A DNA stretch of 63,245 bases, the filler included, from Kipferlia bialata (lineage: Eukaryota), in assembly GCA_003568945.1 (NCBI GenBank). It is 5 parts of 5 records of this genome, joined end to end, with 100 filler letters (N's around TTAATTAATTAA, not from the genome) between each part and the next. Parts side by side here need not be neighbours in the genome. Positions count along the whole stretch, not along the records: positions 11,181 to 30,040 come from BDIP01000457.1; 4 more parts are not named here. The stretch is one strand, 5' to 3'. The position numbers and the translations under genes were made by a program. The notes under the pieces are model-generated. The model did no database searches, had not been told where the DNA came from, and saw only the letters and a program-made list of their open reading frames with translations. Position 1 is the stretch's first letter. Every line of letters starts with the position of its first letter. This document shows positions 12,215 through 26,496 of this stretch, in pieces.

Positions 12215-15200
12215 TCACAGCGTGCTGTATGTGCACGTGAACTCCTGTCCTGCCCCATTGGCTACCATTAGACTACATTACAAATATATATTCATACAAT
12301 GGTATACGTATAAGACATATAGCTAATAGTATATCTGTATTACTAACTACTATAAACACAGTAAACATCATTACCTAGGAGGGTGTCGAAGTCCAGGAAG
12401 AGACAGGGGGTACCGTCCTGTGCCTGGGGTCAATACATACACATATACATGTAATACTATATACTCTATATATATACAATAAGACATTAGTAGTCAGTGT
12501 CTGCATAGTTCATGTATCAAAATGACATTGGGTACAAATATACTGCTAAATGTATAGCCTACTATATATATTATTAACACACATCTATACTAAAGGGTGC
12601 CTTTCTCAGTGTCTGCTCTGTGGCTATGGCCACCACATACACACTACTATATGTATCTATACATATACATATACATATCCCATTAGATACCTCTGACAGT
12701 GTCTGCACTGTGTCCATGGCTATCACACCCCCTGCCACTCCTAGCAGGGTGGGATCAGAGACAGACCCGTCGAGGGGCTGGTAGACACCGGAGTAGAGCC
12801 TGAGATGAAACAGAGAACCAAGGAGATATATACATACACATATATTGACACTGATATTTATGCATGCTGACAGTGATGTCATATACTATAGATACAGTTC
12901 CATCGAGACTAGTACATGCCGGAACTGCTTCTATATATGTGTATTTTTGTATACATATACATATATATATATAGATACCTGATAGTGGAGCCAGCTGGGC
13001 TGATGCCGTCACAGACCATATGTACACGCTTACTCCAACAGTTATATACGCAAATGTACTATCCAGAGAGAATAATCAATGCAAAGATACACACCTGATA
13101 GTGTATCCAGCTGGGCTGATGCCGTCACAGACCACCAGATGTACATACCCACACACAATGATTGTATCCAAATGTATCATATATATGCTACTACTCTATA
13201 TACACACCTTAAGGTGGATCCAGCTGGACTGATCCCGTCACAGACCAGAGACACAGACTCGGCAGAGGGGGCGATAATCCACCTGACATGAGAGAGTGAA
13301 ACAGAGAGAGAGTACGGATAGAGACGAGGGGGGATTTGAATACACATGAATATGTCAAAAGATGCCCAGAAATGGGAAAGAAAATGTATCTGAATGGTAT
13401 ATTCTATATCACTTCATACAAGTCACACCTACTGATACCTGTTTGATGTGCCCTCTGTGTAGTATGCATATACACATGTGGAGTACATATATATTTGTAT
13501 ATAGACACAGAATACACACACACATATATACATATAGAAACATCTACTCATACCTGTTTGACGTGCCCTCTGTGTAGAATGCAGAGTCTATCGTGCCGGA
13601 CTTGTCTGCTGATCAGTATATAGATATACTCTATATATAAAAAATATCCAAATACGATTAGTATATAAGAATATTCTCTATAAAAGAGTACATACATATA
13701 CAGTATCTATATATACTTATGTATACAAGCAGAGTCTATCGTGCCAAAGTCGTCTGTCGATAAGAAATATTAGGTCTACGCGATCAATTAGTGATTACTG
13801 ATATGTATGGAGATATGTAAGAGACTACCTGTGAATACATGGGTGTGTCAATGCATAGTAGTATATACTGTATTATCCATATATATGAATTTTCTACATA
13901 TATATATATATAGTACCTGTGAATACATGGGTGTGTCAAGGCATAGTAGTATTTATAGTATTATACATACTTACACATTTATAGCTAATAGTATATATAG
14001 TACCTGTGAATACATGGGTGTGTGTGTCGACAGCCATGACGAAGTTGGTGTCCCACCTGGGTCAGCAGCAGTATATCAGAGAGTAATAGAATATAGTATA
14101 TAGTATATACATGAAATATATACTTCACTATACTCCACTGATACTGAAGTTGGTGTCCCACCTGGGTCAGCAGTACAATGATCCATTGTATAACTAACAA
14201 AGATATATTGTCAGCTCTAATACATATATATGCATGACGAAGTTGGTGTCCCACCTGAGTCAGCAGCTGACAGTAAATGGATATACATAAATACTGTGTA
14301 GGTATACTGATATATACAAGTGTAAGATATTCTCACCAGTTTGACCCAGTCCTGAGTGTGGTTGTGGCGGATGCGTCCTCGGCATACAGGGCAGAGGAGT
14401 CAATGGGGGTCATGTACACACTCTGAGATCAAAAGGAGGTATGTATATAGCCAAATTGTGTATACATAGTGACACTTGCATCTATGGTGTATGAGTAGCG
14501 ACATATGCCACGGAGGGCACAATACACAAACACACATATATAAGTATATATATATATATATACATCTATATTCTTACCTCCACTGTCCATGGGAATGACC
14601 GATGCCACTGCTGCCAAACACGGTTATGGATATATACACATATACAATACATATCTATCTATCTATATATATATATATATATGTATATATACACTCACCT
14701 CCACTGTCCATGGGTAGTGCCCGATGCCACTGCTGCCAAACATGGTGGTGCCAGATGTGTAGAGGGTGGAGGCTGGGGTGAGAGTATATTGAGTACATAC
14801 ATATATATATATATATACATATATATATACATACATTCATATATACATATATGTCTGTATATGTATATATATTCAAGTAATATTCCTGCATCTGCGACCT
14901 TTGCCGTGTCATCATTAGTTCTATTAAAGGTTAATGAATATATATAAATATATAGGTATAAATAGGTATAGAGTATATATACCACCTGCATCTGCGACCA
15001 TGGTCATGTCATCGTGATGTGTATGAAGGGTAATGAATTACTATACTGCTAAATTACGTATTAGCATAATTACTATATAGGTGAGTATAAACATATATAT
15101 ATAGTGAGTATATATATACATATACTCTACCTGCATCTGCGACCATGGTCATGTCATCCCCGGCAGCCACAAGGGAGACCTGGGGTCAGAATGTATATAT

Positions 15201-18110
15201 ATATATATATTCACATGTAAATGTATATACATATATATTTATATATAAGTATATCCCCGGCAGCCACAAGGGAGACCTGGAGTCAGAATGTACACACACA
15301 CACATATATATATATATACATACATATATACAAAAGGTCAGAAGGGGAGAGAGAGAGGGATGATAGGGTCGGACAAATAGAAAGAAATAGTTTTAGCCTT
15401 GTAGAATATGAAATTCACTATGTGTCCTAACCTTGCCTCCCTCGACTGCGGACAAGTTCATCCTGGAGTGAGATGTAATATATATATATATACCAATATA
15501 TACCTATATATACATGCACATCATATGTATACGTGATGGGGTATGTGACGTCAGGCACGATATATATATAGGTGTATGATACCTTCATATATACTACAAT
15601 ATTGAAATAAATGATCTATAAATTAGCTTACCTGATGGGTGATGTGACGTGGGGCACGTCCTTAGTAGTGCACTGGGAGTATGTGTTGGAGCCCCAGCAG
15701 TACACAGATCCTGGGTCAGGGAAATATACTGAAGTATGTATAGGCATATATCCATACACTCATTAACTACCATATTTGTGAAGGATCCCCAGCAGTACAC
15801 AGAGCCTGAGGATGAGGGAAACATTACTATATCAAGGTGAGGGAAACATTACTATATCATACACACAAGTATATACACTCCAGCAGTACACGGAGCCTGG
15901 GTCAGAGGGTCTGATACTGATAGCAAATATGTATGAATGTATACGAGAGAATCTATTAATATATACATACCATCATCCATGTGTGCCAGTGTGTGAATGT
16001 TACCCACAGATAGAGAGACAGTACATAGGAATATATAAACTATATATATAGTACATATAGTGTATATTTGTAGTATATACCATCATCCATGTATATATCT
16101 ATATATCTATATGTATATATACCCACCATCATCCATGTGTGCCAGTGTGTGAATGTTACCCACAGACAGAGAGACAGGGGTGAGACTGCCCCAGAAGGGC
16201 AGGACCTGGGGTAAGGAGGTGTATTCATATGTATATATATACATACATATATATTTATATAAGGAGGCTGTCCTAGAGAGGCAGGATACGGGGTAAAGAT
16301 TCTGTTGCCTTGTCTTCCTGTGCATATGGGACTATGTGTATGTATCTATATTCACTATACATATCTATATATCTATCTATATATACATATACACAATTGT
16401 GCCTTGTCTGTCGGTGGAATCACCCCAAGCAACTAGTATAGAGTGTGTGTACATATAGATATGCAGATGAATCTACATACCTTCTGGGCCTTGTCTGTCT
16501 GTATACACATTAATGTCTGTATATATACATATATACATATGAACACTGGATTATACAGAATGTATACCTTCTGTGCCTTGTCTGTCTGTGTGTATGTGGA
16601 ACCCACCCCCAGCTGGCCATAGGTATTGGCACCCATTGCTAGGACATCTCCACTGAACAATCAGTATATGTAGTTAAATATATACATTTATATGTCTATA
16701 GGTGTTGGTACCGTAGTCTAGATATATGGGTAATAATGCACATTTATGTTGTTTTACTGACCTAGCCATCAGGAACAACACAAGGAAAAATACACACATA
16801 TATATATACATGTATACATCAATATATTTAGTCACAGATATTACAACTGATATGCATATATATACCTTGCCATGAGGAACACCACAAAATCGTATCCAGC
16901 CACGACATCCATGACAGGGCCAGAGGGGGAACCTGGGGTTGGTATATAATGAGTATGTATATATGTTTTATATGTTTACGTATATCCTTGGCAGTACCAT
17001 AGATACCACTAATATACGTATACATATATATATATATATAAGTATAACTATGTATCCAGAGCCACGACATCCATGGCAGGGATAGAAGGAGAACCTTGGG
17101 TCAGTAGAGTGTGTATATATGTAATATATATATATGTAAAGTGCATAGAGGTATACGTACCCTCAACCGACAGGTCCATGAGGGTGGGCAAGAGTGTATC
17201 ATGGTATATATATATACATATATATGCTGCTATATATATATATTGATCCATACCCCCGACCGACAGGTCCATGAGGGTGGGCAGCTGCACAGGCATGTAG
17301 TTGCCACTGGGGTGAGGTACACTACTCACAACATATCATATATACATATATGCATACATATATGCATACATATACCTCTCTGACCCTGGCAGCCCTGCCT
17401 CACAGTCCATGTTAATGTATATCCATATGAATATATATATATCCATNNNNNNNNNNNNNNNNNNNNNNNNNNTATATCCATATGAATATATATATATCCA
17501 TATGTATATATATATACCTATATGTATTTATGTATATATGTACCTCTCTGACCCTGGCTGCCCTGCCTCACAGTCCATGTTGAGTCCAAAGGCCCAGACC
17601 TCGCCCTGGGTATCAGAGCTGACTATGATATATATTCTACGGTCATACACTCTATATACACACATACACATGTACATGTTGAGCCCAAAGGCTCACAACT
17701 CGCCCTAGGGGTCAATACAACGGTGTCTATATATATACAGAATATACAGAGTAAGAGAATACTAGGCCAAGTCATTTAGTATATATACACATGTACATAC
17801 ACATGTTGAGTCCAAAGGCCCACACCTCGCCCTGGGGGTGAGATGGCTTTGAGATATATATATATATGTATAGAATTGATATATATATATATGTATAGAA
17901 AGTATGTATTCATTACCATATAGTTGATGTATATATACATATGCATCGTTTGTGTGCCATACCTCCGATGCCAGGACATATGCGGCAGATTGATACATAT
18001 GAAATAGACGTATATTCACACACATGTAATAATATACACGTATATACATACCTCCGATGTCAGGACGTATGTGGCCTTGATATATGTGAAGACATAGAAA
18101 GCATGAACTC

Positions 18111-18142
<32 letters not shown>

Positions 18143-19242
18143 TAATATATACACGTATATACATACCTCCGATGTCAGGACGTATGTGGCCTTGATATAT
18201 ACATATAAGTATCTGTAAATATATACATGCCCCTATATACATACCTCCGATGTCAGGACGTATGTGGTGTATCCGTACGCTGCAGCCTGGGTCAAAGAGG
18301 GGGAGAGGCACATATACACATTTCTATACATATATGGAAGAGAGAGAAGAGATACAAAGAGTACAACCTGGGTCAGAAGAGGGAGAGAGGTTCATACACA
18401 TATAGTTAAAAGAAGGAGAAGAGAAGGAGTGCAGTTATAAGTACCCATACCAAACCACCAGGGAAAGATAGGAGAATACACAGTCTCCATACCTTGATGG
18501 GGTGTCCCTGCAATATTATATATATATGTATATATGTATACATGTATATATGAATATATATATATATATACACCTTGATGGGGTGTCCCTGCATCGCAAT
18601 CTTGTCAAACTGAACTGGGATAGGGCTGGGGTGAGAAGGGAGGGGGTGTATGTATATATATATATATACTGTGGCTTGTATTTCATTCAGTATACATACA
18701 TACACATACACACTGAGACGTATATACACATATTCCGAGAGCTGGACGGGGGTGGGTGGAGGGGATGGTACAATAAAGGAGCAGTGTTGATATATGCAGC
18801 TATTTGTACACATACACACATATACGGGAGTAAAACTACATATGGACGCATCTCATATATATATATATCCATACCTGTCCGACAGCTGCCCATCGCAGTT
18901 GTCAGATATCTATGTACACATCTATATTCATATATATATATATATATGAATGTACATATATATTGTACCTGTCCGAGAGCTGCCACACTGCCTTTGTCCC
19001 CAGCTGTATATCTACTCATATGTACATACTATACATCTGATGTATATTTACATATGTATATATACATACCTGTCTGACAGCTGCCACACTGCCTTTGTCC
19101 CCAGTTGTCCATCGCAGTTGTCACCAAACCCATACACTGGGGTGAAAGAGAGACATATTTACAAATAAATTGAGAGAGAGAGAGAGAGAGAGAGACTCAC
19201 CAAACCCATACACTGGGGTGAGACATATAAACAAGTATATAA

Positions 19243-19293
<51 letters not shown>

Positions 19294-20663
19294 ATCCTAT
19301 TGTGAAACCCAGACAATGGGGTATGGAATGTAGGAGAGAGAGAGAGAGAATATGGGTGATACCTGTGTGTCACACATTAGACATTGAGAATGAAATATAC
19401 ATAGACATAGACATACATAGTCAAAAGAGTTGTGAGAGTGATACCTGTGTTTGTCTCGTCAATGACGATGGTGTGCTGGTATCCAGACTATACTCATAGC
19501 ATACTTATTACTTATAGGATATGATAGGATATGATACCCTATTACCTGTGTGTGTCTGGTCAATCACGATGGTGTGCTGGTATCCACAGGCAATGGAGGA
19601 TATCTGCACATCAGAGAGACAATATATATATATATATATATATATGTGTGTATTCATATATGATTGTGCTGGTAGCCACATGCGATGGAGGATATCTGAG
19701 TGTAAGACAGATCAGCATTATAGATATACTATACTTCGGAGGAGAGGAGAATTGAACATGTGGTGATATGACAGGAGCTGCCATGTATACTGTTCACATG
19801 ATATCTGGGGCACTACTAGATCGAGTGTATTAATATGTCAGTGTACGTGCATCCATGAATGTATGTATGTGTAGAATATGCACACAACTTGTTCCCATCG
19901 AGGGACTTACACTAGTAGATTAAGTGTACGTCAGTGTCCGTGCATACATGCATATATCTATGGATAAATGAAAATATGGTATGTACCCACCTTGTTCCCA
20001 CCGAAGTATGCCGGGTCAAGCATATATGAATGTATATATATATAGTAAATACATACATATACATAGTATATATATAATAGTATATGCACCTACCTTGTTC
20101 CCACCGAAGTATGCCGGGTCAATCAGAAGTGGCACATTCTGCTAAATATGAGAGACAGGGAGAGGGAGAGAGGGAGAGAGAGGGGTACATTCTGCTAAAT
20201 ATGAGGGAGGGAGAGGGAGAGGGGTACATTCTGCTGAGACTGAGGGAGAGGAAGAAGGGAGACAGGGAGAGAGGTTTGGTTGAGATGAACAACCCCCCCC
20301 TCAAGGTGAGACTTTCTCAAAGAAGAGTTCTGTAACGATAGACCGGGAGGTCCTATCATATAGTGTATATTACAATATCTAAATATGTGTGTGTATCTAA
20401 AGAATTCAGTATATTATTGTTCATGTATATACCTTTAATTCAGTATATTATTGTTCATGTATATACCTTAGGCTGACAGTCCCCTGCCACCCCCAGCTGT
20501 CCATGCCAGGCAATGCATATAATAGTATGTATGCATATGTAGTAAGATATTGAACTAAATACTCTATATATTATTACCTTAGGCTGACAGTCCCCTGCCA
20601 CCCCCAGCTGTCCGTGCCAGTCAGCACCCATCGAGTACAGGTGACCCTAGAGTGAATAGTGTG

Positions 20664-20713
<50 letters not shown>

Positions 20714-20732
20714 AGCACCCATCGAGTACAGG

Positions 20733-20768
<36 letters not shown>

Positions 20769-21933
20769 AGCACCCATCGAGTACAGGTGGCCCTGGAGTG
20801 AATAGTGTATATATGTATATATATATATAGAGAGAGAGATATATACATCGAGTACAAGTGACCCTGGAGTGAAAAGATACATACAGATAATAATATATAG
20901 AGAGAGAGTTCAGGTGGCCCTGGGGGGAGAGGGAAGAGAGAGAGAGAGAGAGAGAGTAATGGAGTACAGGTTGCCCTGAAGAGAGAGGCCCTCTCTCAGA
21001 GAGGGGAGATAGAGAGAGAGAGATCAGCACCCATCGAGCACAGGTGACCCTGGAGTGAAGAGTATATATATATATATATATGTGTATATATATATATATA
21101 TAGTTATATACACATATATATATATTATATATATAGACAGAGAGAGAAAGTCTGAGTACATGTGGCTCCGGGGGGAGAAGGAGGGAGAGAGAGATGAAGA
21201 AAGAGAGAAATAGAGTATAGTCCCTGGGGGAGAGGGAGAGGGGGGAAGACAGAGAGGGAAATAGAGCACAGGTTTCCCTGGGGGGGAGGGGGGGGGGGGG
21301 GCATTACAAGTTTACCTCCTCTGTGAGGACTACCGTGTGCTGCTCCCCGTTGCACACATCGATGGGTGCCTCACCCCCAAAGGCAGAGAGAGGGAGGGAG
21401 GTGAGGGAGTATCTGGGAATAGGAAGGGAGGGAGAGAGAGAGAGGGAGAGAGAGGGAGAGTATCTGAGTCAGAGAGCAGATGGAAGAGGAAGGGAGAGAG
21501 AGAGAGAGAGAGAGAGCTGCCAAGTGCAGCGGAAGGGAGGGAGTATATGGGTCAGATTGGGTCATGGGGGTCAAGACACAATGAGATACGATCCTGGAAA
21601 CCATGCCATGCTGTCATACATATATACATTAACCACACCCCGTATGCATAGTACATAGAGTATATATACTGTATTAATACGTAGTCTTTGTATATATGTA
21701 TACCTCTCGTCAAAGTCCCCGAGACCCATCTCCCCATCGTTGTTGCCTCCTGTGGCATCAGTATATAAGTGTAGTCCACAGTCAACAAGAGGCAGTGACA
21801 TGATATCTATATATATGTATCTGTATGTGTTGTTCCCACCTGTGGCCGCAAACCCAGCGGCACACACACCGCCCCAGAGAGCACACACTACCAGGCACGA
21901 CACGAGGAAGCCTCGGAAACCTCCGCGCGGCAT
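12215..21933 (-). CDS. Signal peptide + RCC1-like beta-propeller repeats + C-terminal CUB-like domain (about 25 small exons)
   Basis: ATG at 21933 gives MPRGGFRGFLVSCLVVCALWGGVCAA (signal-peptide-like). RCC1 motifs follow: GGNNDGEMGLG, GEQHTVVLTEEGHLYSMGADWHGQLG, IACGYQHTIVID..VYGFGDNCDGQLG, GEVWAFGLN, GDVLAMGANTYGQLG, GSVYCWGSNTYSQC. The C-terminus reads SGTIDSAFY...RWIIAPSAESVSLV...LRLYSG...LLG...LFLDFDT...EFTCTYSTL* (TGA 12215-12217). Exon junctions checked are phase-consistent. Confidence 0.85.
12570..21290 (-). repeat. Intronic partial exon duplicates (echo arrays) throughout the RCC1/CUB gene
   Basis: Examples: 12977/13093 versus exon ~13208-13283; 13826/13914 and 14145/14234 around exon ~14004-14056; 17960/18048/18163 versus exon ~18245-18288; seven or more copies at 20711-21280 of the start of exon ~20578-20646. 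Confidence 0.95.
17447..17472. other. Within-scaffold assembly gap
   Basis: Run of N without the TTAATTAATTAA marker, flanked by the same TATATCCATATGAAT repeat. Confidence 0.95.
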
Positions 21934-22265
21934 CAGTTTATAAGTGTAGTTCACAATGAACAAGAGACAGTGACATGTGCAGGTGTACCACATCTTGTTC
22001 CAAAGAGTGAATTCATAAATTATGATACTGTATTTCGAAATATAGTTTTGTTTGGCACTCTCGTTGAGAATCTCAATGAGATTGTGGTGTCAGCTTAACT
22101 TGTGCCGCGGTTCTTGTACTCTGAGAGCATCTTGGCCTCGACATCAGAAGAATATGGATTATTCTGTCATATTTGCTTTGATTCGTCTGCATCACAATAT
22201 GGTCCAGGGGTCGACAGAACAAGTCCAACGAACAATACTCAGAATCTAATGTCTATTCATATCCC

Positions 22266-22290
22266 TCTACTCCACCTTGAGAGGCATCTG

Positions 22291-22342
<52 letters not shown>

Positions 22343-22450
22343 TATCATTACTACTCCCCCTTGAGAGGCATCTGCACCTCTCTTTCTCTCTCTCTCTCTC
22401 TCTCTCCCTCTCCCCTCTACTCCACCTTGAGAGGCATCTGCACCTCCCAC
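22266..22450 (-). repeat. Three downstream copies of the MAT terminal codons plus stop, separated by (CT)n tracts
   Basis: CTACTCCACCTTGAGAGGCATCTG(C/T)ACCTC-like units at ~22267, ~22351 and ~22417, versus the true exon end at 22487. Confidence 0.95.
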
Positions 22451-22486
22451 TCTCTCTCTCTCTCTCTCTCTCGCACACACTCCTTT

Positions 22487-25400
22487 CTACTCCACCGTTA
22501 GAGGCATCTGCACCTCCCACGTGTAGATACCCCCAATGTGGCCAAAGTGCCCATGGGTGGCAGTGTCCCGGAGGGGGAGGCCTGGGGTGAATACAAATAC
22601 AATATTCAGGTATGTAAAAGAAGAGGAACACACACATACATGTATATCTATATATACTTGTTGGGACTGTGTATGTATGTATTCGTACCCTTGTCGAGCC
22701 TGGGCCACCTGGTCATTCATGAATACATTCTATATATTATAGATATATATGTATATATATACATATATGTATATATACATATACTCTATACCCTTGTCCA
22801 GTCTGAGCCACCTGGTCATGCCAGAGGGGGTCAGGTCAAAGGAGCTAGAATCAGTATATTGTAGAAGTCATATACATATAATATACATGCAAGAAATTTC
22901 AATATAACCAACTTGTCATGCCAGAGGGGGTCAGGTCAAACGACCTAGAATCAGTGTGTGATGAGAGGTATATACTAAATATGCATGCATAAATACAGAA
23001 AGTATATATCTGGTCATGTCAGAGGGGGTCAGGTCAAAGGAGCTGGGTTAGTATGGAGAGAGGAGCAAACAGAGAGTAGCGATTGCAAAAGACACATGTA
23101 TCCCCCACTACCGCCAATTATCTGTATATCAGATATATATAAAAGTGTGTATGTATCAGCACTCACCGTCTGACAATGTTGGCCAGGTCGGAGTCGGTGA
23201 GGCCTGAGGTAAGGTATCATATATATATATTCATATATACAATATTAGGGTATGAGGACATAAGTCTTGAGAAGCTCACTCACTGACAACGACCCAACTA
23301 CATTGTAAGATACCTACGTAGTATGAAGCCAAAACGATAGCTCAATGATACTATACCCTTACACTGTTACTTACCCTCCTTGATGATGCTCTGGTGGCTG
23401 TCGCTTACCATATGCTATACTACAAGAGATATGATAGTAACGGTTCACTTCAGAAGTAGTTATAACAACATCACTCGTACTCACCCTCCTTGATGATGCT
23501 CTGGTGGCTGTCGACCAGGATGGAGATGGGGTCGCAACTGGGACCTGCTGTCAATATTGATAGGTATATTCTTGTACCATATATATATAATACACAGCAT
23601 ATACACGGATGTAGTATACTAAGCATATTTACTATGAACCTGGTGTGTATGCGGTGTATAGTATATGACTATGATATATAGTATAGTATACTATGCATTA
23701 TATACTATATATTATATACTGTATATTTGTACTGTATGTACCTGGTGTGTATGCGGTGTATAGTATATGACTATGATACATAGTAAAGTATACTATAAAT
23801 AATATACTACATAATATATCCTATATACTTGTACTCTCTATACCTGGTGTGTATGCCGTGTGTATGGTGCATCTGTGGCACAGACCAGCAGCCACAAGGG
23901 ACCTGGAGGGTAAGTGGGTGTACAATGGTGTCTTTCTTCAAATAGCACTATATACTGATAAGAGATATAGGTGGTCATCAGTGTACCATACATATACAGT
24001 TGTGTTACCTGGCCACTGTTCTCAGTCCACATACATAGAGACTATGAAATCACACTCAAACACCACGTGTACAGTGAGCGAATATTGCCCAATAATACAA
24101 TACTGTGATACCTGGCCACTGTTCTGAGTCCGTATGCGCCACACCTGGCCACACGCTTAGGGTCTAGGGGTGAGAAGGGTGTTTGTACTATAATGAATAT
24201 ACACAATATTGATATATACATTCACACATATACATAGCAAATATACATAGACAATGTATACATGTACCTGTGCCACTGAAGCATGCCCCGCTGGATGGGC
24301 ACCATCCACCATAGGTGTCCACAATGATCTTCCTTCACATTAGGAGTTCAAATATATATATGCACATATATATATATACATAGATGGGCATACGTGTCAA
24401 TGATAACCTTCCTGGATTTGAGAATTGAACAAACACATGCACCACGTATACTCCATAAATTCCCATACTTCCCTGTCAGGCTGACAGTGTCAGCCCTGCA
24501 TCTGCCATTGAACAATACACACGTAGTCTAACGTATACACTACCTCATATATATACGTATATAAGTATATACTATATACACACACCTTCCTGTGAGCCCT
24601 GCATCTGCCATGGGACCCCCAATCACAAAGCGAGAGGACCTGATATGAATATTCTACAGCACACCATAGATGAATATCCGAGTAACAGTACTGTGAGATC
24701 TTATCCCAACGCGAGAGGACCTTGGGTGAGACTATATACGTGGTAATAGTATAGTCACTTCAAATCCTAGCATGTGTTCAGGTATTGACTAAGTGTACTA
24801 AGCGCTTAATGTATGGAATGTATTGACAACATCACATATAGTAATACCTGTTCATGTGGAAGAGTGTCTCCTTGTCCACCAGTACATTGACTACTATAAC
24901 TGACCCAATAAGAAGTATACACACATGCAATATATGTAATATATCTGATGTATATATCAATAAATATATACTTGTTCATGTGGAAGAGGGTCTCCTTGTC
25001 CACCAGTGCCTGTGGGATGACAGCATTCACAACATGCTCCATCAGCTGGCCCCTGATGATAAGACAATAGAGAAGGAACATTGACATATACGACGTATAT
25101 CGTCGCACACCAGGCATATATAACATATATGTATGACATCATTCACTACATGCTCCATCAGCTGACCTCTGTAGGGTTAGATAGTACATCGATATATATA
25201 TCTTACATATAGTACAATTGAATTTCTATATATAGCATATGGGAACATGCTCCATCAGCTGGCCCCCATTGGTGAGGCAAGGCAACATATATACACATAC
25301 ATAACCTGAGTATATGCTCCAATCTGGATACACAAGTCAAGGTTCATACAGTACAATGTGTGCCTCAGTGCCTCCACCTCTACCAGTGGCTCTTACTCTC

Positions 25401-26443
25401 TCTCTCTATATATATATAAATCTTCCTATATACTCTGTATATACCATGTACCATACCTCAGTGCCTCCACCTCCACCAGTGGCTCATGCTATCTCTCTCT
25501 CCCTCTCTCTCTCTCTCTTTCTCTCTCTCTATATATATACCATCAATACCTCAGTGCCTCCACCTCCACCAGTGGCTCGTGCTCTCTCTCTCTCCCTCTC
25601 TCTCTCTCTCTTACATATATACATAATTAATACCTCAGTGCCTCCACCTCCACCAGTGGCTCGTGCTGGGCACTAATGACAACGGTGTGGATGCGCAGGG
25701 GCTTGAGAGCGCCTAAGGGTTAGCCACTTCTTACAATGTATCAATTGTGCGTAGGTATAACATACAAAAGTTAATATATATAGCCATTAATAAGAATGAA
25801 GTGGATGTGCTCTGATGACATCGGTGGGGATTCGGGATTAAGGGTACAATCAGGTGGGTATATTATATGAAACATTTGATATACATTGATTGACTGATAT
25901 ATATAGATTTATAGACAGACCAATACGGATTACACACACGTGTCACTATTTCCATTACATGTGGAATGACTATGTAGAATACAACACTAAATATCACTAT
26001 TGCACTATACTATACACTGTACCTGATGGGAGGCGCTTGTACTCGATGGAGACCTGGGGTGAGTTTCATATGTTGCAGAATAGAAACTACTTCTTCAGAT
26101 GGATGCTGGAGAATGTTAAATCGGTGTCTCTATGAGATATATATAGTAGTGTTGTACTCGTGGGAGACCTGGGGTGAGATGTATGAATGATGGCAAGATG
26201 TTGCAAACCCAACATGAATATGAGTAGGAACACTAATCACCGAGCATGGTTATGAATAGTAGTACTATAATAATATAGTACTATAATAATAGTACGGCGC
26301 TTGTACTCGATGGAACCTGGGGTGAGAAATAGAGACAACTAAATCTTGCTCTATGATGTCAATATGAACATCAGTATGAAAGCCCTCGTATCTACCCACC
26401 CACCTGTGTCTGTCTTGCCGTCTGTTGCCGACTCAACATGAAT

Positions 26444-26496
<53 letters not shown>

